Positions 27,348 through 41,264 are shown, counted from the first letter of the stretch. The stretch is DNA of 64,000 bases from the human T2T-CHM13v2.0 reference genome, Homo sapiens (GCF_009914755.1 NC_060925.1); one strand, 5' to 3'. Made by a program: numbers and translations. Notes: generated from the sequence alone by a model not told the origin.

Positions 27348-29908
27348 CTCCCTTACCACCTGTGTGCCCAAGAGGAATTGTCAGCTAGCTTGAATTGGCC
27401 TCACTCTACCTCTTACACACATCACATCCAGACACTGCTCTTGCTCCAGAGGATTCAACTACCATCTTTGTCCATGTGGAATTCCAAGTGGCAGACAATG
27501 AATAGGCCAAAGCACCTCATCCGCTGGATTCGAAAAAATAATGTGGTAGGTGAAATCTCCATTCTTGTTATACTGTTCTTTTAGCTTCTATAGCACATTC
27601 ATTTTGTGAAAGTCAAGGGGACTCTCACAGGAAATTCGGATGAAGGAAAGATAAAAGCTAAAGTTCTAGCCAACTTCAACAACCCCATAGGCCTCATAGA
27701 GTAAATCTTTTAAAAGCTAGCTCCTCCAGAACAGGAGTGGAGTGGGGCCCATAAAAAGCCAGCCCAGGTCATCTGCCTCCAATGCACATCTGCACACTCC
27801 CAAATCTGTCTATCCCTTGCCAGTCTCATGCTTCCATCCTTTACTGAAGGTAAAAGCTTCAGTAAAACTCTACGCCTTCACAAAGTAAGAGAGATCATTC
27901 CCAGGATCCTTCAGAATTCCAGCAGGCTTGAGGATGTCCTTTATATCCCCTTTCATATTAGAGGTTTGCATACATTACAAAACATTTAAATTAACCTTTA
28001 CTGACTGCTTTTTCTGTATATCCCCATACCTGAACCCACTTGGGGTTACACTTAATGAATGTTATTATTTTAATTTAGAAACTTTTAGAAATAAGGAGGT
28101 TTGGACAAAGGGTTGTCATTTCCTTCTGCCACATGCCCTAACATATTTATAATAATAAAATGAACAAGTTACATATAAATAACGATTTATGCATGTTTGC
28201 TGAAATATTTCAGTATGTCAGAGCAAAATAATATTCATATTGTACTTTCATATTTTATAATTTAAGCTCCTAAATTCTTAAAATTTGCCAATTTCAAAAA
28301 CATTCTGTTTTCAAAAGATGGTACCTAACATTGTAATGATTATGCTATTTTCTTTTTAGCTGTCAGTATTTAATTGTGTGAAATAAATTATGTGGAAGAA
28401 AAGCAGATGTACTGGTGAACTATTTTCTGACAGGTTTTTTTAGTTAAATGTCAAGAATTTAGGTCATTTGGGTAACTGAAGTTTTCTATTACTTGGCAGG
28501 AATTTGAAGAAAATTCTAAGAATTGTAGTAGCTATTTTTGGAAAGTGTCTACTTTCATATGAAAATCCTGTCTTTAGAACATGCATAAATTCAGTGACAC
28601 TCTTCCACACTTTCTTGCTCCCTTGCTATTTCTTTTTTTCGTTTCATAGCAGGAGCCTAAAGCTTTTATGATTTAGCTGGTCTTCTTCATCGAAAGGAAT
28701 ACAGAAAGATCTTACTTTTGCAAATTTTATAAAAACAAAACCACCTAAATATCTTCTAGGACTTTGAAAAGGGCTCATATAAGCCAGAGACCTTGAAATA
28801 CTTCAATAGCTTCCAGGTAACTTTACCTCTGTTTCATTTCTGAGCTCTTGAACAGTGGAATCCAGTATCTGCCTTTATTTCTTCAACATGAGATCATGTT
28901 CTTGGACAGGACCCTTACATAGCTGCACACATTTACTGAGAGAGAACCAAAGAAAGGGATTCTGATTTAAAGTGTCTAGATTGTAGGGTTGACTCTCCCT
29001 TCTGCTTGTCCTTCACCAGAACAATTTACCTCTGGCCAAGTGATCTATTTAGTTTGTTGGGAATAGACATAAAGGAGTCTGGCCAGGCAGGAGCTTCTTT
29101 ATTTTGCAATGTGTTCTTGAGTCTCAGATGGTTCAGTTCGGATTCAACCTTGATATGTGTTATGAAAATACAATTAAAACCAAAATCATCTCCTAACCCA
29201 GAAATTCTCTCCACAAAGGTACTAGAGCTAAGCATTAGAAGACAAGCATTAAGCCAGACTATGTTGCACTTCACAAGCAATCTGCTAAGAGAGTACCAAG
29301 GCGGAAAGGACTCTCGCCCCCATATGTATAGCCAAGGAGATGTAACCCATTGCATGCACGTTTTCAATAAAAACAATAACTAGTCTTCAAGTAAGAAGAC
29401 TTAACACTCACACATAATTTGTCATAACTTTCCCATGGTGATTAAGGTCAACATTTCCGTTAGCTGATTGACTTTATCCAGGGGAGAAACAAACTTATCA
29501 TGTCTCTGTGACAAGAGGTAGTTTTACAACTTGGAGCAACATGCCCATGGAGGAAGTTAGAATTCTACCCTCCCACAGAAACTGAGAGATAGGGATGCTA
29601 TGTGTACATATCAAAAAATGGCTCCTAGGTTCTTGAGAAGGACAGCCCTTGGTCATGAAGCTGATAAAAGGCCCCCGCACACATCTTAAAGAGAAAAGAA
29701 AGTGCTTACAGTTACAATTTTTCTGAGGCGAATGCACTAAGAAGGAAAATCTTTTCCTATATTTTCAACAGGGAGAATTAAGTCTCTTAATGATAATTTG
29801 TATTGCCGTCATAGTGTCATAGAGGAAAGACCTAGGTCAATGAGAGGATTTTGTCTCAAATGTTTCATTAATCATCTTTGTGCAATGACTTACTTGTCCT
29901 ATTAAATC

Positions 29909-30550
29909 TTGCCTTATCTAGATATGATGTTGTTTCTTTTAGATTTTCTTTTTCTTTTTTTTTTTTTTTAATTATACTTTAAGTTTTAGGGTACATGTGC
30001 ACATTGTGCAGGTTAGTTACATATGTATACATGTGCCATGCTGGTGCACTGCACCCACTAATCCGTCATCTAGCATTAGGTATATCTCCCGATGCCATCC
30101 CTCCCCCCTCCCTCCACCCCACAACAGTCCCCAGAGTGTGATATTCCCGTTCCTGTGTCCATGTGATCTCATTTTCCAGATAGTTTTTGATGATAAAACC
30201 TAAGTGAATCTGTTCTTTTTTTTTTTTTTCTATTCATGATCTTTCTTGATTGATTTTATCCTGTGCCCAAACCAAAACAGCACAGCACCATGGCTATGAG
30301 AAAGAGGTCTCAGAAAACTGAGTGTCGTTATCTGGCTTTTAAAGTTTGCCCTATCTAGATATGATGCTGTTTCTTTTAGATTTTTTTACACCAACTTTTG
30401 TCAGATAGTTTTTGATGATAAAACCTAAATTAATCTGTCCTTTTTTTTCTATTCATGATCTTTCTTGATTGATTTTTATCCTGTGCCCAAACCAAAACAG
30501 CACTGTAACTATGAGAAAGAGGACTCAGGAAACTCAGTCAATATCTGGCT
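29909..30550. repeat. ~205-bp tandem duplication (copy A 29909-30337 carrying the L1; copy B 30346-30550)
   Basis: Shared blocks TATCTAGATATGATG, CAGATAGTTTTTGATGATAAAACCTAA, CTATTCATGATCTTTCTTGATTGATTTT, CCTGTGCCCAAACCAAAACAGCAC, CTATGAGAAAGAGG, TATCTGGCT. Confidence 0.93.
29944..30173 (-). mobile_element. Young 5'-truncated L1 (L1PA2-like) 3' end
   Basis: Poly-T then ATTATACTTTAAGTTTTAGGGTACATGTGCACATTGTGCAGGTTAGTTAC...GTGTGATATTCCC...ATGTGATCTCATT; lacks the Ta-diagnostic ACA and G positions. Confidence 0.92.
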
Positions 30551-31251
30551 AACAAAAGTCTATGCGTGGTTCCTCCTAGCCCTGCTATGACTTTTCTGCT
30601 ATGACTTTTCCCAAATGTCAAATGTTGTTGATGTCTCGTCTCACAGATTTCCCTGTCTACTTGAGAAAGGCATAAAACCCATTTTATCTTAAAAATGCTC
30701 GTAATTGGGATCGCACTTTAAGTATAATGCTTACTTGATTACTAAATTTATTGTCTTTTTCTTAAACTATGTTTTTTAACCTCTCTGCAACATTTAACAT
30801 CATTAATCATCATTTCTTCTTTGAAACTCAGCTGTTATAGTGGAGAAAAACCTTGGAAATAGTTAGTTCATGTTTCTTGTTTTACAGATGAAGAAACAGT
30901 GATCTCGGAATCTGGAAGGACTTGTCTAAGGCTCCACAATTAGGAAGTCTCTAGACATAACTCTCTTGGTTCTCCTGTTCCTTCTCTATTTCCTCCAGAA
31001 GCTGCTCTGTACTTGACAAGAAGTAGATATTAGTCAAGATTCATTTCTTTTACTTTTGCTTTCTTTTTTGTTTTGTTTTTTTTTTTTTTTTTTTTGGTGG
31101 GGGGATATCATCTACTTCCTGGCTTATATGATCAACTTTATATGAATAGGAAAGACCGTGGACTTAGTTGTCAGACAGTCCTGGATTAGAATATTTGATC
31201 ATTCACTTTGTATAACTTATAAACATGTCACACTGATCTTAGATAAGTTAA

Positions 31252-31570
<319 letters not shown>

Positions 31571-32157
31571 AGTTAATGGTCATTTAAATGATCTGTGAAC
31601 CCAAATGGCTTCAGAGATGAAGGAGTTAAGATTGTAACATATGAAAATATTGAACATTAAAAATCAATGACCGAAGCTTTCAATTCAAGAAACTAAAAAT
31701 AGAATAGCAAATCAAACCAAGATAATGTACAAGAAAGGAAATAAGATTGATAGGAATAAAAAATCAATGAAATATAAATTAAATTTATAAGAGAAAATTA
31801 AGAAAACATAGAACCCTGTTATTGGAAGAAATCAATAAATCTCTGGGAAAACAAACGAACAAAAAAAGATGGAATATATAAAATGCCAATACCAGGACTT
31901 GAAAGGTGGTATTGTTACTCATCTTGTAAACTTTGAAGAGTTAGTAAAATTATATTAAGAGTAACATTGTGTCAATAAAGTTGTTAATTCGTATTAAATT
32001 AATAACTTTTTTGAAAACATGGCTTATCAAAACTACCTCAAGAAGACTTAGAAAGTTTAAAAGTTTTTTTACTTACAAATTGATTTTTTTTTAAAATCAA
32101 AAACCTTTGCTCTTCTTCCCCCTCAAAAATCCTCCAGGCCCAAATGCTTTTTGTAAT

Positions 32158-32673
32158 TTTGGGGTTTAGAACATCATACCCCAAAGTATCGTGCCTTGCC
32201 ATGCTGACTGTCTTTGAGCTCAAGAAAACAAAAGGCCTCAGAAGTGAGGTCTCTCTGACCTTCTTCCATCCTTCTGCCTCCTGCCCCAATTTCTCCCCCA
32301 AAGCAAGCCATAAAACCTAGAAAGAACAGTCTATGACCTACTTTTCCTGAAAGTAGGTCATAAGACCCTCCTGTGACAGATGCCCTGCACTGTGCCAAGA
32401 AGAAAGAAATGTTGCACAGATAGGCCAAGAAGCCTGAACACACAGGCCTTGCTCAGTTTATTCCCGTTAGAGCATATGTTTTTGTCCAATCATATTTCTA
32501 TAAAATTACCGGCTTCTTTTATTAGATTTAGCAAAGAAACAGATGGTCTTCCCTGGGTCTTTAGGTTTTCATTTCTGAAGGATCCCATGTCACATAAAAC
32601 CTTCATTATATATAAATTTCACCTGTGAATCTTGAAATGGGTGAGAAAAACATACAACTTTTTTCTCCTCTAC
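32158..32673 (+). mobile_element. ERV1 solo LTR (MER34-like)
   Basis: GGGGTTTAGAACATCATACCCCAAAGTATCGTGCCTTG start, cctgaaagtaggtcataagacc motif, and ...ttttctcctctac end. Confidence 0.6.
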
Positions 32674-32747
32674 TGTAAGAAGTAACATTCACTTGTATAA
32701 ACTGTTCTTGGGAACTCAGAAAAGGAAACACTTCCGTTTTATTTTAA

Positions 32748-33117
<370 letters not shown>

Positions 33118-33747
33118 TAGCAAATTACAGAAAAAATGCAAAAATACTAAGTAAAATATGAGTACATAAAACTAGTGAAATGTAAAAAGAATAATAGACC
33201 TACCTAGTACCATATATTGTGACCAAGTGGACTTTATTCCAAGAATGAAAGGGAAAGTTTACTATTCAAAAACAATCAATGCAATTTTACCACGTAATTT
33301 AAAAAAAGAGACAGATAATGAGAGAGAGAAATCCTATAATCATCTCCTCAGGTGCAGGAAAATATAAACACATTTATGATTCAAAAAAAGAAAAACACCT
33401 TAGAGAGTTGGGAAGAGAAAGGTAGTTTCTTAATCTGACAAAGAGCTTCTGTAAAAACCTACAGAAGATCCTATAGTAAATGTGATATTATTGAAAGCTT
33501 TTTGTCTGTATTTGGGACTGAGAAGTCCAGTGTCATCACTGCTTCCCAACAAGATACTGAAGGCCCATCCTAGTAGACTAATGCAAGAAAAAGAAATAAA
33601 AGGCATAAGGCAAAGAATGGCAGAAATATGGCCATGTACATAGAAAATCCAAATTAATCTGCAAATTACTGATATTTGTAAGTGATTTTAGCAGCATTGA
33701 ATTACAATAGCATGTGGTCATTAAACAAAAATCAATTACGTTTCTTT

Positions 33748-34078
33748 TTTCCTTTTCTTCTTCTTTTTTTTTTGTTTGTTTATTTGTTTGTTTGTTTGAG
33801 ATAGAGTTTTGCTCTTGTTGCCCAGGCTGGAGTACAATGCCTGATTTTGGCTCACTGCAACCTCTGCCTCCTGGATTCAAGTGATTCCCCTATCTCAGCC
33901 TCCCAAGTAGCTGGGATTACAGGTGTGTTCCACCATACCCAGCTAATTTTGTATTTTTAGTAGAGACATGGTTTCACCATGTTCGTCAGGCTGGTCTCGA
34001 ACTCCTGATCTCAAGTGATCCACTTGCCTCAGCCTCCCAGAGTGCTCAGATTACAGGTGTGAGCCACCACAACTGGCC
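33748..34078 (-). mobile_element. AluS
   Basis: Full antisense dimer with (TTTG)n tail; TSD-like tacgtttcttt / tacatttcttt. Confidence 0.9.
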
Positions 34079-34166
34079 TACATTTCTTTATATCAGGAAC
34101 AAACAAATTGGAAATGAAAGTAAAAATAGAATGCAATTTATAATAGTATCCAAAAACAGAACTATT

Positions 34167-34300
34167 GGCTGGGCACAGTTCACTTGAACTTGAGAGGCAG
34201 AGGTGGCAGTAAGCTAAGATTGTTTCACTGCACTACAGCCTGAGTGACAGAGTGAGACTCTGTCTCAAAAAAACAAAAACAAAGACAAAAAAACAAAAAC
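34167..34300 (+). mobile_element. Internally deleted Alu
   Basis: GGCTGGGCACAGT joined directly to TCACTTGAAC...GAGACTCTGTCTC plus A-rich tail. Confidence 0.75.
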
Positions 34301-35885
34301 AACATCAACTATTTAAGAATACATCTAATAAAAGTATGTAACACATCTACAATTAAAGCAATAAAACTTTCCCAAGAAAAATGAAAGAATACCTGAATAA
34401 ATGGAAGTGTATACCATATTAATAGTTTGAAAGACAAGTAATATAAATAAATTATCTCTAAATTGCTGTATCTAATACAATCTCAATAAAAATCTCAGGA
34501 GATATTTTGAGAACATTGCCAAGCTGTTTCCAAAATGTATAAAGAAATGCAAAGGACCAAGATTAGCCAAGATGATGTTGAGGAGCCATGCTGGGGGGCT
34601 TACATTTTTATATATCAATATATAAAAGCAAGAAAGAGAGAGTAAAATCCTATAATAATCAGTAATTATGAGTATTAATAAAGGTAAAGTAATTTTGAGT
34701 GTTGGTGTAAAAATAGATAAACTAAAGAGCTGAATAGAATCCAGAAACAAACCTAAACATAAATTGTTTTACAATTTATGACAAAGATACCACTACAGTT
34801 CACCAGAGGAAGGGGTGTTTTTTTTTGTTGTTGTTGTTGTTTTTTCTTCAGTAAATGGTGCTGGGTCAGCTGGATAAACTATGTGGAAATACATATCCCG
34901 ACCCATACCTCAACATCACGGACAGATATCAATTCCAGATGGATTGTATATCTGAATATGAATGCTCAAATAATAAATGTTCAAAAAGAAATCATAGCAG
35001 AATATCTTCGTGAACTTCAGATGGCCAACAATTTTCTGTACAGGGTACAAAAATTACTCTTCTTAGAAGGAAAAATTTTAAAAAGGCAAATTAGACCACA
35101 TTAAAATTGAGAACTTTTGATCATGAAAAACCATATTAGAGGTGAAAAGTCATGCCCACATGTGGGAGAAAATAATTTGCAAGTCTGACAAAGTCTTGTA
35201 TTTAGAATATATAAAGAATTTCTACAAATCAATTAGGAAAGGAGGGAAAACTCAAAAGAAAAGAAAATGGACAAAGGACTTTGACAGGCACTTCACAAAA
35301 TAGGATATCCAAATGGCCAATGGACTTGTGAAAAGTATTCAACTTCATTCATAATCAGTGAAATACAGATTAAAACTATGATGTGATACTATTACACCAC
35401 ATTGGAATAACAATAGATAAGGCAAGGTAGAGAGAAGAAAGTGGTGGTAAGAAAGTGGAGCAGTTGGAATGATCATACACTACTGGTGGAAGTGCAAATT
35501 GGTACAATCACTTTGGAAATATTTTTGGCATTATCTAACTAAAGCTGAATATATGCATACCATATGACCCAGCAATTCTATTCTTAGGTGAATTCTTATG
35601 AGAAATGGTATATACATTCACCAAAAGATATTCATCAGCAGAATATTCACAGCAGCACTATTTGCAACTTAAATTAGAAAGAAGGCAGATGTATAGCAAA
35701 ATCAAATGAATAAATAAAATTGATATATGTTCATGAATAGAATCTATACAACAACGAGAATGAACAAGCTTCAAATATGCAGTGCAACATGAATGAATCT
35801 CACAAACAAAATGATGTGGAACAGAAGCCACACACAAGAAAGAAATTGTGTATCACTTATGTAAAGCTCGAAAACAAGCAAAAAT

Positions 35886-36200
35886 GGCTGGGTGTGGTGG
35901 TTGGCCGGGTGTGGTTGTTGGAGGCCAAGGCAGGGGGATCTCCTGAGGTCAGTAGTTCAAGACCAGCCTGGCCAACATGGCGAAACCCTGTCTCTACTAA
36001 AAATACAAAAAATTAGCTAGGCATGGTGGTGAACACCTGCATTCCCAGCTACTCCAGAGACTGAGGCAGGCAGGAGAATTGCTTGAACCCAGGGAACAGA
36101 GGTTGCAGTGAGCCGAGATTGTGCCACTTCACTCCAGCTTGGGCGAAAGAGCGACACTCCATCTCAAAACAAAACAAAACAAAACAAAAAAAACACAAAA
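35886..36200 (+). mobile_element. AluS with rearranged 5' end
   Basis: Dimer with (CAAAA)n tail; head reads GGCTGGGTGTGGTGGTT GGCCGGGTGTGGTTGTT GGAGGCC. Confidence 0.85.
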
Positions 36201-38909
36201 ATAACCTATGGTGTAAGGAATCAAGATAGTGGGGTGATGTTTGGTGGTGGGAGTCATTTGGAAGGAACACAAGCGGGGCTTTGAAGTGTTAATAATGTTC
36301 TGTTTCTTGATTTGGGTATTTCTTGATGTAAAAATTAACTTTGTGTTAACTTTATAAAAATAATCTTTTTTTCTTTGCATTTTTCCATATGTGTATTACA
36401 TATTAATTACATCTTTAACAAAAAACATATTGGTGACTAGTTGGGTGCCTTGTTTAAAGGAACATACATTATTCAACATCAGCATATTATTGTCATGCTA
36501 AGAATGTGGACTCTGGTGTTGTACAATATCCTTGTTTTTAAAGGGAAGTTTATATAAATTTTTATGTAAATTCTTCTTGTTTTTGAATACTGCTAATTCA
36601 GATTAAAAGAGCCACAGCAATAATGTGAGTCAAAAAGAAAAAAAAAACAGCCATAAGTTTGCAATCATTGTTTTGAAATCCCTCTACCTGCTCTATAATG
36701 GAGATAACACACTACTTAGTATTGATTCTCACATTTAAATAAAGTAATGTATGTAGGAGTTTTATGAAAACAGCAACCAATAAATAAGGGTTATTAATAT
36801 GGTATCATCATTTTTCTATTGTTGTTTGGAATCATGCTCTCTCCAAATTTATCTTAATTATTCTTAATTTTGATGTACATTTTTACTGGATCATTATTAT
36901 ACCGTCACTATAATAACATCACATTGAACTAATAAAGGGTAAACGTTTAATGCAAATTTGTGGGTTAAATAAATGTGGATCAGTTGATTAATAATACCCT
37001 ATATTTTACACTTTCGAGTTTCAGTGTATTTGACATGTTATTCCAATAGCATATACCACAACATGGAACATTGTATTAGTGTTAAGATTCTGGAAATTGT
37101 GGAAAATATAGATGCTAACTATAAATGATTTAGATTGGCCATAAATGATTTGCAGACAGTTGGAGTTTAAAAAGTGTCTTATTAAAATATGTGCCAAATA
37201 TGTTTCCTATTCCATTCTCAATAGATAAGAATAGGTTCACAATATCCCTTCTGCCATTTGTGAACTCCAGCCTTCTTCACATTTCTCTCAAGTAGTTTTG
37301 AGTATCACCTATGAGGTGGGAGGAGATAGTTTCACGTATGCTACCTTTGACTCATCCTCATGCCACCCCTCACCATCCTTGGTCTTTCTTTTTTACAGCT
37401 CTGATGGCATCTCTCATTCCAAAACTTGCTGAAGGTGCCAATACTACTCCCACTTGCCCCTGCTGCTGAAATCTGATATGCACAGCAAGGTAGCTGAGGT
37501 GCACTGTTGAGGACATTAATGTCTACATTAAGGACCATACATCTTTTGACAGAATTATCTACACCATATCCTGTTGTTGCAGAAGCTACCTGCAGCAGTG
37601 CTCTGATACCTTGTACCAAAACACTTCTAGATTTCGGTTGCATGTTTAATTGTAATCCTCTTACCAGTTACAGAAGCTAGATCTGAGATATTATGCAGAG
37701 AGGCAAAAACTGGCTGCAGAGAGAAGGAAAGATACAGGAGTACCAGAAACAGAGAGGGATGGAAAACCTCATAAGCTGCTAGGAGGAGAAACAATTTCAA
37801 ATGGAGACGGAAGTCATACCTTAATGTGCTGATTTCAACCAGGCTACTTATGTAACTGATGCAAATGACCACGGAGGAGGGATCCTTGAGTTTTTTCGGG
37901 TACTGATATAGAAGAAGACACCTTACAGTGTCAAAGGAAGTTGATGGATTCACCTTGGCTGGTAAACAGCTCCAGAACCTGGCTGTGCTGTTATTGTCTT
38001 TGTGCATTATATGCCTTCATTCAGGGGAAATGGGCCCTTACACTAAGATAATGTTTTCCATATTTAAATATTGGCATATATGAACCTTAGAGATTCTGAA
38101 GTTTAAATCATTTGTTTTGGCAATTACAAAACTGAGACTTGCTAACTTGATTAGAAAGTCAAGCAATTTGTAGAACACCACTCAGCTAATTAATAGCAGT
38201 AAAAAGACTAGATCCTAGATCTTTGATTTTTAGTTCTACCATTCACTATATCACTACTAGTGAATTTTTCTGATGCTTTCTTGAGAATGTGGTCTCTATA
38301 GTATGTCAACAATTGTAAACTTGCAGCTAAAATAGCTGATCATATCCGTCTACAGGGAGGCACTACACATTTGTGTGAATACTTCCTCTTCTATTTGAAA
38401 AGTGTAGATTTACTTACATTCTTTTAAATATATCAGCACAGACTATCAGGCCGAGGATCACTGTCTTCCAACACAGTAAACATGGACCTGGTTCTTGTGC
38501 TCCAGAGAAACAAATGAAAGAGCAGGCCTCAAGGAATTTTGTTCATTGGGATCAGTGGGATCACAAGTGTAGATCTAAAGAATGGAGTTCCTTCAGAGCT
38601 CACTTCAGGTGGCCAAGATGAAAATATGTACTTTCCTTCATAATATACTTAAGAAGATAAGGTCAGTTTTGTCATTGATCTGGTCCTATTCACCTTGTTT
38701 TTCTCTCTTAAATTATTTCTTTACCATTGTGGAGATAATCAACCGCATGGTGTCATCACTCATTTATCTCTAAGCATAACAGACATTTTCAACCCATTTC
38801 AGGTGTCCTCAAATTATTCATTTTTTATTTAAATGAAGAATTGTCCAGAGTTAGCATGTAAATATTAGCTAAGGGCAGGATGTGTGTGTGTCATGGAGGG
38901 GAGGACCTC

Positions 38910-39640
38910 TCCTGTTTAGGAGGAACTGCTGGCCCTAATATGCATGTCACATACATATGAACCTTGATCGGCTGTCATGCGGAAGGAATTACACTTCCGC
39001 TGGCCTCCCCTACCACAACCACAGGTGGAATCTAAGCTAGGCACTGAACTTGGCTCACACAGCTGTGAGCTTGCGCTGAGTCTCATCCTTTGCTGTGGAA
39101 CTCCCTCTGCTGCTTCCTGCCCCAGCAAACTCCCCTCTACCCAGCCACTGGAAAGGAGTCCCACAGGAGGGGAGGGACAGTAGAGTAGAGCCCAGCTTCT
39201 CTGTCCAACACATAAAAGCTCTGAAAGGCAGTTATAAAAGGCTGAACTGGGAGCAGGTATTGTTAAAAAGGGAACCACTGACTTCCTGTGAGCACATGTT
39301 CCTGTCTCACTCTTGCTCTGCAGCACAGTAGAGGCTGTTTAGTTCATCACAAAGGAAGTGCATCAGCACTCCTGAAGATGCTACTCTAAGGGCACCTTTG
39401 AGTTGTGGGCCAGGAAGGCATTCCATAGTAAGACGAAGGAAAGGCCAAGTTCCTATTGTTAGCGTCACTATGCTTCTGGTTTTATAGTTTCCTAAGTTAT
39501 TGCCACAGGTCATGGATCTGTGGCGCTCAAATGTTCGCTCACAAGGTTCACAGCACATTCTTTGCAGTTGCACCACCCAGCTAGGAGGGGCGAAACCAAT
39601 GGAGCATTTTAGGCAGAGCTCATTTCCGCCCACATCAAAA
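38910..39640. promoter_or_regulatory. Candidate haematopoietic enhancer about 18 kb upstream of PTPRC
   Basis: Non-repetitive, GC-richer island with GAGGAACT 38920, GCGGAAG/CTTCCGC 38979-39000, ACCACAACCACA 39012-39023, E-boxes at 39022 and 39060, ACTTCCTG 39281 and AAAGGAAGTG 39351. Confidence 0.55.
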
Positions 39641-40329
39641 GTAAGAGAGAAGTTTGTGGAGAGCTACATTTGAGCCCTCCATTAGCTGTTTTACATCTTG
39701 TAGGCCAAGGTGACACTTTCTACACTATGTGCTGGTGAGATACCACATGGACAAAATGTTGTAGAGGACCCAGCCTGAAAAATGCTCAGGCTTTAAGTCT
39801 GAGCAATCTCCACCACATCTCTACTCCACATCCCACCCCTCCTGGAATTTTAAGTCAGGAGACACATTGTGAGTGCATGGACAAAATAAAGAAAAGAAAG
39901 AGAGAGAGAAGAGGGAGGGAGGGGGAGAGAGAGAAAAAGTATATCAATTAAAAGTTTGCTGAAAGAGTCATGACATAAAGAAGATGAAAGAAAAAAACAA
40001 ATTAGATTGTTACCAAGCTGTACATTCTTTGTTGAGGGAGAATAGAGATGAATTGGTAGCAGAGAGGAAGAAAAAGGAAGCATTTTAAGATGCAAAACAG
40101 GAGAAATCAGACTTAAGCAAGAATGGAGAAATAACTACATTTATCCACATCAGCTGTATCTTACCAGTTTGACTACTCTAAATGCTTGGGGATAATCTGG
40201 GAGTTTTTCACTGCTCCCCTCCTGCTGACAGTCCCAAACATATTGATGAGGCATTTTTAATAGCTTTCACCTCTGGCTCCTACTACAGCTTCATGTCTTT
40301 TTCCTTGGTTCTTATCCTCATCGTGGTGT

Positions 40330-40925
40330 CATGATTATTGTCCTCTCAGTCAAGCCCATCCTGTGCTACTGACTGAATGATTTTTATTAAAAATAAATTT
40401 TCCCCTATGCCTCTCCTGCTTACAATGCCTTATGATCCTTGATTGCTCACAGATTGAAATCCAAATCTTTGAGGATCCCATTCAAGATCTTTCAGTGCCT
40501 GAGTATAGCTCGTCTCTCCAAATTCTTCTTCTGCATATTATGTGCCTGCTAAAGAAAGTACTTACAGTTGTTCAAATGAGATGTTTCTTTTGGAAACCTC
40601 CCTGCATTCCTACCTGCTAACCCCCTATTTGGAAGTTAATTGTTGTCTTCCCCCACTCAGCTCACAGGTGTCCCCTGTGCACCTTCTACTGCCCACTCAA
40701 GCATAGTTGATCACTTCCTCCTTTAGGTCTCAATGCCATGACAATTTAATCACACTCCATTTTCATTATTTTTTATAAGTCTGTTTCACTACTTGGTACT
40801 GAGCTTCTGCTTGTAGAATGTGCACTTTGTTCTTACTTATTTTTGTGTTCTTGGGTCCTATTGCCAGTGCCTTGAATATACTAGATATAAGTCTAAAAAT
40901 ATTTGTTAAAGAATAAGTAAATGAA
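40330..40925 (+). mobile_element. L2 3' fragment
   Basis: Ends aaatatttgttaaagaataagtaaatgaat, the L2 terminal motif. Confidence 0.6.
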
Positions 40926-41224
40926 TATTTCAGTGGAAGAAACTCTTTTCCCATGTGGGGACTTTGCACTTTCTGTCACAAAATTTGACTTAATCTAACT
41001 TAGGCAAAGATGTAATTTATTGGCTAAGAGAAAACGTTTAGGGATATAACTAGATTAGACATACTAGATTGAGTATGCAAACAATATCATATTTCTCTAC
41101 ATCCCTTAGTTCCCATTCCCATGGTTGAATTTAAGCTGCTTTGGCTTTAGACTTAGACTTTCTATGGTAGCAAGGGAAGACTCAAACCCCAGCCTTTCCA
41201 ATTTTCAGTCCAGCAAACACACAT

Positions 41225-41226
<2 letters not shown>

Positions 41227-41262
<36 letters not shown>
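41227..41262. repeat. (AC)18 microsatellite
   Basis: Direct read. Confidence 0.95.

Positions 41263-41264
<2 letters not shown>

Noticed and set aside
29006-29383. Antiparallel ORFs of 125 and 116 aa
   Set aside because: No similarity to any protein I recognise; compatible with chance.
37341-38007. Two overlapping - strand ORFs (126 and 100 aa), one with a faint cadherin-like 'VDINVLNSAPQL'
   Set aside because: No other cadherin motifs, no poly(A)/TSD or splice support, and no recognisable homologue. Most likely chance or an old LTR; a BLASTX/Dfam search would settle it.
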